The notes beneath the pieces are model-generated. The model searched no databases and was not told the DNA's origin. It saw nothing but the letters and a program-made list of their open reading frames with translations. Both the position numbers and the translations under genes were made by a program. DNA of 64,000 bases from Myxococcota bacterium (GTDB taxonomy: Bacteria > Myxococcota_C > UBA6777), in NCBI GenBank assembly GCA_023150835.1, contig JAKLKB010000035.1:1-64000 (forward strand), written 5' to 3'. Of this stretch, positions 48,019 to 57,335 are shown piece after piece (position 1 is the first letter of the stretch; every line of letters begins with the position of its first letter).

Positions 48019-49902
48019 TTGAGCAAGCAGAAACCGAAGTGGGCGTTTTGGCGCAAAGAGTCTGATCCGAAAAAGACGCCGTCGAAGGCGGCAGAGCAAG
48101 GGGGGCAAGGAGAGTTTTTGGAAGAGACGGTGGATCTGCGTCCAAAGTCAAAAGCAGGGGTGAAGCGCAAGTGGTGGCGGTTTTGGGTCAAAGATGAAGA
48201 TCGCCTCTTGACGGGGAGTTTCCCAGCTTTTCGCGGGGATCAAGAGACGGAGCCGCTGGAGCAGCAGATGACGCAAAAGCTGCCCGCACTACCGCAGGAC
48301 GCGAAGTCTGCGCAGACGATGCCAAAGGCCAAGAAAGCGTTTGATCCAAGCCAGCCGTTTCCGACGCCACCGAAGGCCGATCCAGCCGTCTTGTCGAAGG
48401 TTGAGGCGACAGAGGATCGCTCGGTGGCTGCGCAGGGATCGTCTGCGGACCCTGATGGCTGGTTTGCTTTGGCGTTGTTTTTGTTGATGGCGGCTTACTC
48501 TGTGCCGTTGTGGTTGGCGGGATGGTTGCCGATGGAGGACGCCCCGTTGCGGATGGGGGGGGCGGCGATCTTGCGCTTTTCGGAAGCGGGGACGTGGTTT
48601 GCGAAGCTGTTTGGGATCGAGGTGTTGTTTTATCTCAACGGTGCAACAGAAGGTTTGTTGGCGTTGTTGAGTGCGATCTTGCCTGCGCGGGTGGCGTTGT
48701 TGGTGTTGTTGCAGGGGTATGTGGTGGCGCTGCCGCTGGCGTTGGTGTCGTTGATGTCACGGGCGGGGTTGTCGCGTTGGAATGCGTTGTGGGGGTTCTT
48801 TTTCTTGTATCATGGGGCTTTTTTGTATGGTTCGTTGGGGGCGGTGTTGGCGATGCCGATCTTGTTGTGGGGAGTGGGGGGGATTTATGCTTGGATGGCG
48901 CGGGGTGAAGGCAGCGGTGGGCTGGTGCTTTTTGTGGCCTCTTTTTTGTTGATCCCGTTGGATCTGGGGATGTGGCTGATCTTTGTTGTGTTGGCCTTGA
49001 TGTCGGCCTTTTTGTTGGGGGAGAGTTTTTTTGAGGGGATCAGTCATGTGGTGTTGGTGTTGATCTCGTCGGTGTTTTTGGCTCCTTGTGTGTTGGGGCT
49101 GTTGACAGCAGAAGTGCCGTTGTTGGGGTGGGATCGTGCCTCGGAGTGGTTTACGTTGGCCTCGATGTCGGAGCGTTTGGGATTTTTGCAGCAACAATCT
49201 TTTTTGTTGTTTCCGCCACCGTATGGCGGAGTGGTGGTGGGGGCGTTGGTGCTGTGGCTGTTGGGCGCGGTGTGGGGTGGATTGCGTCGGGGGCAGGAAG
49301 GATGGCGGCGACGGTGGTTTTTTCCGATGCTGACGGTGGGATATGGGGTGCTGTTGGTGTTGGCTCCGAAGGAGATCCGAGGCGTACCGTTGGAGCTTCA
49401 TGCGGGTGTTGCGGTGTTTTTGTTGTTGCTTTCGACGTGGATGTCGTTCAAGCCGTATGGTGTGGGAGCGCTTTTGATCGTGCTGTGTGTGTTGTTGTCT
49501 CTTGGTGGGGCGGTGGTGGTGGCCGAAGCTTTTTGGCGTCATGGCCAAGAAGCCGATGCGGTGGCTTCTTTGGCGCAGCGAGTCCCCGCAAAAAAGCGAT
49601 TGCTGTTGTGGCGGGTGGGAAGCGGTAGCCATCTTTCCGTGTCTTACGCGGCGATCGGTGGTTTGCATATGCTTGAAAACCAAGGTGGGGCGAATCTTCC
49701 GCAGCGTTCGATGCACTGGGGGCCGATCTACCTGCGTCCCAAGCGATCTCTTCCGCACCCTGAGCGATCTTCGTTGCCTTCGCTACAAGGATGGGATTAT
49801 CTGCTCACCCGAGTCCCAGATCCCGAAGTATCCGCAGGGATCAAGCTTGTGTTGATCGAAAAAAAGCAGCGCTTTCGGCTGTATCTTCTGCATCGCAACT
49901 GA
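48019..49902 (+). CDS. Multi-pass membrane protein, possibly GT-C glycosyltransferase-like, with cytoplasmic N-terminus
   Basis: TTG start after GAGGAGG; more than 10 hydrophobic segments; PxxDxP after the first TM. Confidence 0.6.
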   Translation: MSKQKPKWAFWRKESDPKKTPSKAAEQGGQGEFLEETVDLRPKSKAGVKRKWWRFWVKDEDRLLTGSFPAFRGDQETEPLEQQMTQKLPALPQDAKSAQTMPKAKKAFDPSQPFPTPPKADPAVLSKVEATEDRSVAAQGSSADPDGWFALALFLLMAAYSVPLWLAGWLPMEDAPLRMGGAAILRFSEAGTWFAKLFGIEVLFYLNGATEGLLALLSAILPARVALLVLLQGYVVALPLALVSLMSRAGLSRWNALWGFFFLYHGAFLYGSLGAVLAMPILLWGVGGIYAWMARGEGSGGLVLFVASFLLIPLDLGMWLIFVVLALMSAFLLGESFFEGISHVVLVLISSVFLAPCVLGLLTAEVPLLGWDRASEWFTLASMSERLGFLQQQSFLLFPPPYGGVVVGALVLWLLGAVWGGLRRGQEGWRRRWFFPMLTVGYGVLLVLAPKEIRGVPLELHAGVAVFLLLLSTWMSFKPYGVGALLIVLCVLLSLGGAVVVAEAFWRHGQEADAVASLAQRVPAKKRLLLWRVGSGSHLSVSYAAIGGLHMLENQGGANLPQRSMHWGPIYLRPKRSLPHPERSSLPSLQGWDYLLTRVPDPEVSAGIKLVLIEKKQRFRLYLLHRN

Positions 49903-49977
49903 TCGCGGTGGTTGGTGAACGAGAGGGGGGGGGCTGTCCGAAAGCGCCATCTCGATCGCAACGGAGCGCGGTGATCG

Positions 49978-51702
49978 CTAACCCGTGAAGGTATCGTTGG
50001 CGTTGGCTTTGGCGTGGATGTTGTCGACGTTGATCCCGGCTTCGTGGAACATATCGAGGAGGTTGAGTTTGTCGATGGCTTTGGAGTAGGCTTCGCGGAC
50101 TTCGACGATACCGCGTTTGACGTAATCAAGAAGCACGTCGTTGAGGCACTGCATCCCAAGGGCGCGGCTGGTTTGCATGACAGTGGGGAGTTGGTGGATC
50201 TTGCGTTCGCGGATCAAGTTGGCGGCCCCGTGAGTGATCAAGAGGAATTCCATCGCGGCGATCCGTCCGCCTGCAACGCGACGAAGGAGTGTTTGTGAGA
50301 TCACGGCTTTGAGGGAGTTCGAGAGCATCATGCGGATCTGGTTTTGTCGGTCGCCTTCGAACTGGTCGATCATCCGGTCCACGGTACTCATGGCCGAGGA
50401 GGTGTGAAGCGTCCCAAAGACCAAGTGGCCTGTTTCGGCAGTTTCGATGGCGATGGCGATGGTTTCGAGGTCTCGAAGCTCGCCGACGAGGATGATATCG
50501 GGGTCTTCGCGCAAAGAGGCCCGTAGTGCGGCCTTAAAGGACTTGGTATGGACACCGACTTCGCGTTGGTTGACGAGGCAGCGCTTGTTGGGGTGGACGA
50601 ATTCGATCGGATCTTCGATGGTGATGATATGGTCGTCACGGACGCGGTTGATCAAGTCCACAAGAGCGCAAAGGGTGGTGGATTTCCCCGAACCTGTAGG
50701 CCCGGTGACGAGGACGAGGCCCTTGGAAAGGTGGCACAGATCGGTGATCGCCTTAGAGAGACCGAGTTGTTCGGCGGTGACGATCTCGGAGGGGATCAAG
50801 CGAAAGACAGCGCCAATGCCTTTGCGATCCATAAAGATATTGCAGCGGAAACGGCCTGTGGCTTCGAGTTCATACGCAAAGTCTGTGTCCCATCGCTCGG
50901 TAAATTCTTTGAGGTTGCGAGGGGGCATGATCGGAGCAAGCAATTGAGAGACTTGTTCGCCTTGGAGGATGGGGATGTGATCGATGCGGCGCATCCGACC
51001 ATCGACGCGGATCATGGGTTTTTCGCCGCTGGAGATATGAAGGTCGGACGCACGTTCGCGAACCATCAGTTTAAACAGGCGATCGATCTCACGGGGGGCG
51101 GAGTGATCGACGCTTCGCAGGGCGCTGATGATGGTGCGTTCGCCTGTGCTCATCAGGTCTTTGTCTTCGCCGACAGCATGGCGAGGCGCGGTCGCAGGGG
51201 CTGGTTGCGCGAGTGTGTGGGCTTCGGAGCCTTGGGCCGCGAGGGCGGGTTTGAGCAGGCTTTCGCCGTTGGGGGGGAGGGCGGTGGTGGCGCTGAGGCT
51301 TCCCGAAGAACCTTGTGCGGGGATCGGTGAGTGGATGCCGGGCGTGCTGATGGGAGCGTGAAGGGCCGCGCTGTTGGCGGTGTTGCTTTCAGGGAGAAAG
51401 CTTTGGTGCAAGGTGAAGCGCGTACGGATCTCGCCTTCGCTGAATCGGATCTGGCAGCGAAAGATCCCAAGGTTGGTTTGGTAGTCGACACGGATTCGCC
51501 CCGTTTCTTCGAGGGTTTGGCGTTCTGCGTCGGAGGCGATCTCGCGCAAGACGACCTGTAGCTCTTCGTTGGTGAAGACTTTGTCGAGCGTCTTGACTGT
51601 CTTTTGCTCTTGGAGGTAGGTCGGCGGAACGCCTGCGTAGATATGAAGTTCTTCTGCGCGCTTTTCGGCGAGCGGCTTGAGGAAACGGTCTATCGTCGCC
51701 AC
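49978..51702 (-). CDS. pilT: Type IV pilus retraction ATPase PilT with an extra N-terminal PilT-like domain
   Basis: SDLHI, GPTGSGKST, TIEDPIE, LREDPD, GTLHT, AANLIRE. Confidence 0.9.
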   Translation of the reverse strand: MATIDRFLKPLAEKRAEELHIYAGVPPTYLQEQKTVKTLDKVFTNEELQVVLREIASDAERQTLEETGRIRVDYQTNLGIFRCQIRFSEGEIRTRFTLHQSFLPESNTANSAALHAPISTPGIHSPIPAQGSSGSLSATTALPPNGESLLKPALAAQGSEAHTLAQPAPATAPRHAVGEDKDLMSTGERTIISALRSVDHSAPREIDRLFKLMVRERASDLHISSGEKPMIRVDGRMRRIDHIPILQGEQVSQLLAPIMPPRNLKEFTERWDTDFAYELEATGRFRCNIFMDRKGIGAVFRLIPSEIVTAEQLGLSKAITDLCHLSKGLVLVTGPTGSGKSTTLCALVDLINRVRDDHIITIEDPIEFVHPNKRCLVNQREVGVHTKSFKAALRASLREDPDIILVGELRDLETIAIAIETAETGHLVFGTLHTSSAMSTVDRMIDQFEGDRQNQIRMMLSNSLKAVISQTLLRRVAGGRIAAMEFLLITHGAANLIRERKIHQLPTVMQTSRALGMQCLNDVLLDYVKRGIVEVREAYSKAIDKLNLLDMFHEAGINVDNIHAKANANDTFTG

Positions 51703-51759
51703 GTTGCTTTCTCTCCATGTCGTGTGCTAGGTTGCAAACCCGCGTGGAAGTTGCTTTTG

Positions 51760-51788
51760 TTGACGGCACTCTGGGGGCCGAGTATAGT
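51760..51788 (+). promoter_or_regulatory. Putative sigma70 promoter
   Basis: TTGACG-17 nt-TATAGT upstream of the CDS at 51872. Confidence 0.65.
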
Positions 51789-51871
51789 CCCGAGAGGCTT
51801 CGTTGTGCAAGAGTCCCAAGCTGCGTCCTTCGCTTTCGTGTCGAAAAGAATCAGGCATCAAGGATGGTTTC

Positions 51872-52516
51872 ATGTCTAGCGAAAAACGCCGTGGTTGGAG
51901 TTGGTTATGGGGGAAGAAGTCCGAAGCACCCCCTGCCTCTTTGGAAGACGTAAAAACTCCCCCTGCATCGGCTTCTCCTGCGCGTCCTGCCTCTGTTCAA
52001 GCCATCACCACACGCTCCGAGACACGGCCTCTTTCGATCGCTGGGGCAAACGAAGAGTCCCTCAAGACCAGCGAGCTTGCACAACTCCAACTTAAGCGGG
52101 TGGTGCGAGCTTCGAGTGGAGAGTTGGTGGCGGTGGACCCTTCGTCGATTCGGATCTTGTTGGCGCACATGAACACGATCACGCAGATCTTGTTGCGCGG
52201 ACAACTCGAAGACATCGGGTTTTTGGTCGAATCGTGCGATGAATTGCAACAACTCCCATTGTACCTTGCGCGCTTTGGACCCCCTCGCCTTGTGATCTTT
52301 GAAGCGGCACAGATCCGCGCATCGCTCAAGTTCTTTCGTGAGCAGACTTATCCGCTTTTGCAAAGTGCGTCGCTGCCGAGCTTGTTGGTTGGGACGGGAA
52401 AACTGCCCGAGCAAGATGCCGCATGGCGTGGCTGGTTTCGCGGGGGATTCACGCTCGAACAAGATATCGACGATATCTTAAAGCAAGTGCGCAAGATGAC
52501 CAACGCCAAGCTCTAG
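51872..52516 (+). CDS. Hypothetical protein with a degenerate receiver-like domain
   Basis: RILLAH...LEDIGFLVE...PRLVIFE follows REC topology but lacks the acidic pocket. Confidence 0.55.
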   Translation: MSSEKRRGWSWLWGKKSEAPPASLEDVKTPPASASPARPASVQAITTRSETRPLSIAGANEESLKTSELAQLQLKRVVRASSGELVAVDPSSIRILLAHMNTITQILLRGQLEDIGFLVESCDELQQLPLYLARFGPPRLVIFEAAQIRASLKFFREQTYPLLQSASLPSLLVGTGKLPEQDAAWRGWFRGGFTLEQDIDDILKQVRKMTNAKL

Positions 52517-52528
52517 TCGGGCCTTGCG

Positions 52529-53665
52529 CTATTGTTTTCCGAGGATTGTATGGGGAGCGGTTGGGGCGGTAGGAGCGGGGGTTGGGCGAGGCTTGGGCAG
52601 GGAGCGGGCATCGGCGACTTGGTTGGGATCGAGTTTGAGTTTGTCGACGAGGTTTTTGTTGTAGATGCGCGCCCCTTCGAGATAATCGTTATGTTGGCTG
52701 ACGATCAATGGAATGGCGGCGGCAAAGAACACCAGTCCTCCTCCTGCGATGCTGAGGGGGATGTATTCTTGTTTGCGGAAGTCATCGCGGTTGACAAGGA
52801 AGAGATAGCCGCCAACGCCGATGGCAAGGGAGCCGAGGATCTGAAAGACGAGAGCGGTGGCTTGTTTGGCGGGGGCCGCGCTGATGGCTTTTTTGCTTTC
52901 GGGATCGCTGTTGAGTAGGTCTTCCATCTCTTTTTCACCGTAGCGACGGCGATTGATGCCGATGGTAAAGTATCGACCCGTCAGCGAGCTACCAAGCCAA
53001 GAGATGCGGTAGTCGAGATTGGCGGCGAGGTTGGGTTCGGGGATGCGGAGTTCGTAAGAGGCACCGCGCAGATCCGCAGGGAGTTTTTCAGCGATCTTGT
53101 AGCCGATGCGCTGTTGTCTCATGGTCTCTGTTTTGACAACCGTGTTCTCTTCGATGGTATAAGTTTGTGTACCGATCGCGATCTGTGTTCCTTTCGGAAC
53201 TTCGGGCGGAAATGAACTGTCGTCTGTGAAGATGTTGTTGGGGGCCGCCATCCCACCGTTGCCTGAGTGAATGGTTTTCCATGCAACAGGGAAGGATCCT
53301 CGGATCTTGACGAAGACTTGGGGCTTGTTGCCCACGCGCAAACGAACCACCCGCGCAACGGTGTAGGCTCCACGATAGGGGCCTGAGTTGATATAGAGCG
53401 TGTCGCGGCCTCGCACGCCGGGGATCGGCAGCCTTCGATCGCGAAAGTATTGCGCCCCCGTGATCTCGCCATCTTTGCTGCCATGTTCCCATTTGAGGCG
53501 GCGCAAGGAGAACTCTTGTTTGCGTTCCGTCTCGTTACCTGCCATAAAGATCGTTGGGACGGGCGCTTTGGAGAGAGAACCCGTCACAGCACAACCTGTC
53601 TGGAGGAGGCCGAAAAGGGCAACGGCGAAAAGGGGCAACAGGTTTACACGTTCGCTACGGATCAT
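52529..53665 (-). CDS. Hypothetical lipoprotein/membrane protein
   Basis: Lipobox-like LQTGC; two C-terminal hydrophobic helices. Confidence 0.65.
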   Translation of the reverse strand: MIRSERVNLLPLFAVALFGLLQTGCAVTGSLSKAPVPTIFMAGNETERKQEFSLRRLKWEHGSKDGEITGAQYFRDRRLPIPGVRGRDTLYINSGPYRGAYTVARVVRLRVGNKPQVFVKIRGSFPVAWKTIHSGNGGMAAPNNIFTDDSSFPPEVPKGTQIAIGTQTYTIEENTVVKTETMRQQRIGYKIAEKLPADLRGASYELRIPEPNLAANLDYRISWLGSSLTGRYFTIGINRRRYGEKEMEDLLNSDPESKKAISAAPAKQATALVFQILGSLAIGVGGYLFLVNRDDFRKQEYIPLSIAGGGLVFFAAAIPLIVSQHNDYLEGARIYNKNLVDKLKLDPNQVADARSLPKPRPTPAPTAPTAPHTILGKQ

Positions 53666-53746
53666 GAACAGACGACTCCTTCCACAAACCAAAAACATCT
53701 TCGCCTTATCTCGTAGGATCCGAGCCTTTGGAGACCAAAAAGGGTC

Positions 53747-54499
53747 TTAAAGCGGCTCGTTCTTGAAAAGTTGCGCTTTGTTGTCGCTATTTTGGAGGGG
53801 ATTGTCAAGAAGGATGTCGCGGATCACATGATAAACTTTGGCCGAGGTCGCAAGGGCAGCGTGTCCACAGGGGATCTCGACATTGTGGGCTCCGTCAAGG
53901 CGGCTGCGCTCGGCAGGGCAAACGGCATCATAGGTGCCTGCGATGGCGTGATAATTTGGGCCGATCGGAAGGGGGTCCGCTTGGAGTTCTTTGAGGAAAA
54001 AGTTGTCGGGGACCATCTGCCACACAGAGGGGGCCAACAAACCCATGACCGCGATCCCAAGCATCGTGATCCATGTGCCTTGGTGCGGTGTGCCGAGGGT
54101 GATCATCTTGCGTACAAATTGATGCCCGCTCAGCTTCTTGATGTAGTACATCCCGATCAATCCGCCCATGCTGTGGCCCACGACATCGATCTTTTCGAGA
54201 TCCACCTCACGCAAGATCCGCTGGATCTTTTGGTGGATACGCAACGCAGAGCGTCGGATATCTCCGATGTTAAACACACCCAAGTCGATCGAAAACACCA
54301 CAAAACCATCGCGCTTGAGCCGCAACTCCATCGGCAACATCGCGCCGCGTGTTCCAAGAAAACCGTGAATCAACAAAACGGGCGGTGTATCGGGCGAAAC
54401 ACGATCATAAAAATCTCGCGACTGCAATGCGTTCCCGCGCTGGTACGTGTAGCGCAGATAAGTGATGATCTCGTTGATCTCTTCCAGAGAGATGTTCAT
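53747..54499 (-). CDS. Alpha/beta hydrolase (lipase/esterase)
   Basis: IHGF, GHSMGG, LGTPHQG; AAGGAGG RBS before ATG 54499. Confidence 0.9.
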   Translation of the reverse strand: MNISLEEINEIITYLRYTYQRGNALQSRDFYDRVSPDTPPVLLIHGFLGTRGAMLPMELRLKRDGFVVFSIDLGVFNIGDIRRSALRIHQKIQRILREVDLEKIDVVGHSMGGLIGMYYIKKLSGHQFVRKMITLGTPHQGTWITMLGIAVMGLLAPSVWQMVPDNFFLKELQADPLPIGPNYHAIAGTYDAVCPAERSRLDGAHNVEIPCGHAALATSAKVYHVIRDILLDNPLQNSDNKAQLFKNEPL

Positions 54500-54610
54500 T
54501 CTCGCCTCCTTGACGACGCTGTCTTTGGCGTCCTTGCCTTCGTTTCTCAATACGCTGTGGGGTCTTTTGTCTGCTTTGTCCTCGGTGGTTCGGTGCAGAT
54601 CGTTTGCTTT

Positions 54611-55066
54611 TTACGGACGAGGAGGCTCGTTTTCTAACCAGATCGTCACAGGACCATCATTGCAAAGAGACACCTTCATGTCGGCCCCAAAGATCCCTGC
54701 CTCAATACGCACTCCCTCGATCTGACGGGCGATCTCGACCAATCGCGAAAAAAGCACACGCGCTTCTTCGGGCGGCATCGCTTCTCCAAAAGAAGGGCGC
54801 CGACCCTTGCGACAATCTGCGTACAACGTGAACTGGCTAACCAACAGCAACCCACCCCCTACCTCCAAAAGGGAACGGTTCATCTTGCCCGCTTCGTCTT
54901 CAAAGATTCGCAATTGCATGGCTTTTTGCAAGAGCGCTTGGCCGATCTCTTCTTGATCGCCCTGACCTAGCCCCACCAAGATCAACAAGCCGTGCTCGAT
55001 CTCTCCAACGATCTTTCCTTCCACACGCACGGATGCACTCGACACCCGCTGCAACAACATCCGCAT
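54611..55066 (-). CDS. dtd: D-aminoacyl-tRNA deacylase
   Basis: LQRVSSASV, LRIFED, SQFTL, KGRRPSF, FGADM, NDGPVT. Confidence 0.95.
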   Translation of the reverse strand: MRMLLQRVSSASVRVEGKIVGEIEHGLLILVGLGQGDQEEIGQALLQKAMQLRIFEDEAGKMNRSLLEVGGGLLLVSQFTLYADCRKGRRPSFGEAMPPEEARVLFSRLVEIARQIEGVRIEAGIFGADMKVSLCNDGPVTIWLENEPPRP

Positions 55067-55126
55067 CCGCTCTTGGCTCCTTTTCTTTTTGAGAAGACTT
55101 CCGCATCTCAATGGTTTCGAGTGGCT

Positions 55127-55252
55127 GTGGGGTTGGAACCCCACGCCCCGCAAGGGAGCAAAGCCCCCTTGGCCCCGTGTTGGCGAACAGATCACTGTTT
55201 TTCCACTCCAACGGCTCTCGCTCGAACGGGTGCGAACACGGGGAGTTTTGGC
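55127..55252 (+). repeat. ~125-bp structured dispersed element, copy C
   Basis: GTGGGGTTGGAACCCCAC...CAAGGGAGCAAAGCCCCCTTG...CCCCGTGTT...AACACGGGG. Confidence 0.8.
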
Positions 55253-55316
55253 AACAAGCCACACGATATCCAAACGATGTCTACACAAAAGCATCGTGCG
55301 TAGACGTCCTGTAATA

Positions 55317-55369
55317 GGGCAGCCACAGGGGGCTGCCCCTACGTCTTTACGATCACACAACGGGCGGAT
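55317..55369 (-). repeat. Extended GTAG REP copy
   Basis: Reverse complement ATCCGCCCGTTGTGTGATCG-N7-GTAGGGGCAGCCCCCTGTGGCTGCCC. Confidence 0.85.
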
Positions 55370-55819
55370 ACCGCATCATACCTCTTTGATTGGGGGGCGC
55401 ATCCTTGGCTTTAGAACGCACTGCTTTTCTTGCCTTCCCCAATCTACCCTGTTCTTCGTATCCGCTCCACCTGTTTTTCTTCCGCCACGCCCATCGCAAA
55501 CCCACCCCTCCTTCTTTTTTGATCGCCATTCGGTTAAAAAACGTTCTTTTTTATTGTTTGGTCGATTGATGCTAGGGGACCGATCGATAAGTGCAATCTT
55601 TCCCGACTCTCCGATATTTTGATCCTTGTGCGTCCAATCCGCCAAAAAACGCTCACGGCGCGGGAAACATTTTGGTACAACGATCTGTTCTCTATAAAAA
55701 AACTAGGTAATGCCGCTGCTCTTGGTGATCTCCTTGCTGTCTGTTTGGATCTTGCTAAGTCTAGTTTTTTTGTAGTGTTTATGGATTGTTTTAAAAAATG
55801 GAACAAGGTGAACCAAAAT

Positions 55820-55847
55820 AAAAAGTTCAAAAGGTCTTGAACTTTTT
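55820..55847. promoter_or_regulatory. Perfect 11-bp inverted repeat (operator-like) in the AT-rich leader of an ECF sigma gene
   Basis: AAAAAGTTCAA-AAGGTC-TTGAACTTTTT. Confidence 0.55.
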
Positions 55848-55951
55848 GAGCGCGTAGAGTATATACGTCAAGTAAGAAAGAAATTGGTTCATGTTTGAAC
55901 GAATGAACGATTTGATAAGATGTTGAACCAAGCAAAAGGGGAGAGCAAGCG

Positions 55952-56740
55952 ATGAATACAGCACTTTTGGCATACAATGAGGCACAAACGGTCGGGATTA
56001 CGGACTTGAAAGCGTTGTTGCGCCCTCACATGAGTGGCCGAGGTGCAGTCGGTCGCGAATTGGATCGGATGCGCCGACATGATGTGTATGAAACGCTAAC
56101 AGACACAGAGTTGGTTTCGTTGGTGACGGGCGGTCAGCGCGAGGCATTTGGCGAGCTGGTGTCGCGTTATCGCAGCAAAGTGGGTCGTTTGGCACTCAAG
56201 ATCACCAAAAATGAGATCGACGCACAAGAAGTTGTGCAAGAAGTGTTTTTGAGCGCTTTTTCAAAGCTGGATTCGTTCAAGGGCACGGCAGCTTTTTCAA
56301 GTTGGTTGTATCGAGTGGCCGCAAACGGGGCGTTGATGTTGTTGCGATCGCGTCGTCGAGAAAACCATGAATCGTGGGATGATCTGCAACCGCGTTACGA
56401 AGCGGCTCCACAGGTGGCGTTGTCAACGTCGGCAGATTGGGCGACACAGGCCGATCGTGTTTGCGAGCGCAAAGAGATCATCCGTGTGTTGGGCGATGAG
56501 TTCGAGCAGATCCCGGAGCGTTATCGAACGATCTTGATCTTGCGCGAGTTGGATGGTCTATCGAACCGCGAGATCTCGGATGTTTTAGGGATATCGGTGG
56601 CAGCGGTGAAGAGTCGCTTGCATCGTGCGCGGATCGCGTTGCGCAAGCGCTTGGTTCAGTATTGGCCGGAAGTTGCGGAGTTTGGTCTCGCGCACAACGA
56701 CGAAGACGACAGCGAAGAGTGCGAGATGGATCTGGATTGA
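55952..56740 (+). CDS. ECF sigma-70 factor with no adjacent anti-sigma
   Basis: DAQEVVQEVF, FSSWLYRV, AVKSRLHRAR; GGGGAG RBS. Confidence 0.92.
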   Translation: MNTALLAYNEAQTVGITDLKALLRPHMSGRGAVGRELDRMRRHDVYETLTDTELVSLVTGGQREAFGELVSRYRSKVGRLALKITKNEIDAQEVVQEVFLSAFSKLDSFKGTAAFSSWLYRVAANGALMLLRSRRRENHESWDDLQPRYEAAPQVALSTSADWATQADRVCERKEIIRVLGDEFEQIPERYRTILILRELDGLSNREISDVLGISVAAVKSRLHRARIALRKRLVQYWPEVAEFGLAHNDEDDSEECEMDLD

Positions 56741-56794
56741 GCGACGAGCGTTGCGTGCGTTTTGTCAGTGTTGTGATCGTTGTGGTGTTGTGAG

Positions 56795-56956
56795 CGCTGC
56801 GGTGGGTTGGGCATCGCTGCGGTGGGTTGGGCATCGCTGCGGTGGGTTGGGCATCGCTGCGGTGGGTTGGGCATCGCTGCGGTGGGTTGGGCATCGCTGC
56901 GGTGGGCTGGGCATCGCTGCGGTGGGCTGGGCATCGCTGCGGTGGGTTGGGCATCG
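56795..56956. repeat. 20-bp intergenic tandem repeat (GCATCGCTGCGGTGGGTTGG, ~8 copies)
   Basis: Visible directly; two units carry a T>C variant; no spacers. Confidence 0.95.
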
Positions 56957-57082
56957 TGTGGCGAACGTTGATCGATCGGCTGATGTATTTGGTGCGGTGG
57001 GGTGGGTGATTTGGAGGGGGAGTTTGCGCGAAGGTCTTGGAATGACGATGCGTCGTTTCTATAGTGGGTTGAGTTTCGCGGT

Positions 57083-57208
57083 GGGCAAAAAACCGTGTTC
57101 GCGCTCGTTCAAGCGGCAGAGTCGTTGGTGTGAAAAACGGCTGTTCGCTCCGTCGGTACGGGGTCAAGGGGGCAAAGCTCCCTTGTGGGGCGTGGGGTGA
57201 AACCCCAC
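57083..57208 (-). repeat. ~125-bp structured dispersed element, copy D
   Basis: Reverse complement GTGGGGTTTCACCCCAC...CAAGGGAGCTTTGCCCCCTTGACCCCGT...GCGAACACGGTTTTTTGCCC. Confidence 0.8.
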
Positions 57209-57335
57209 CAAGCCTTACCGCGAAACAGTCCACGTGCGACGGCGCATACGAGGCGGAAGGGTCAAAGAACAAGAACAGCGATTTGTGCCGTGGGTTCGAG
57301 TCAAAGCGGCACCGCGCAGACCGAGGGAGACAGCG

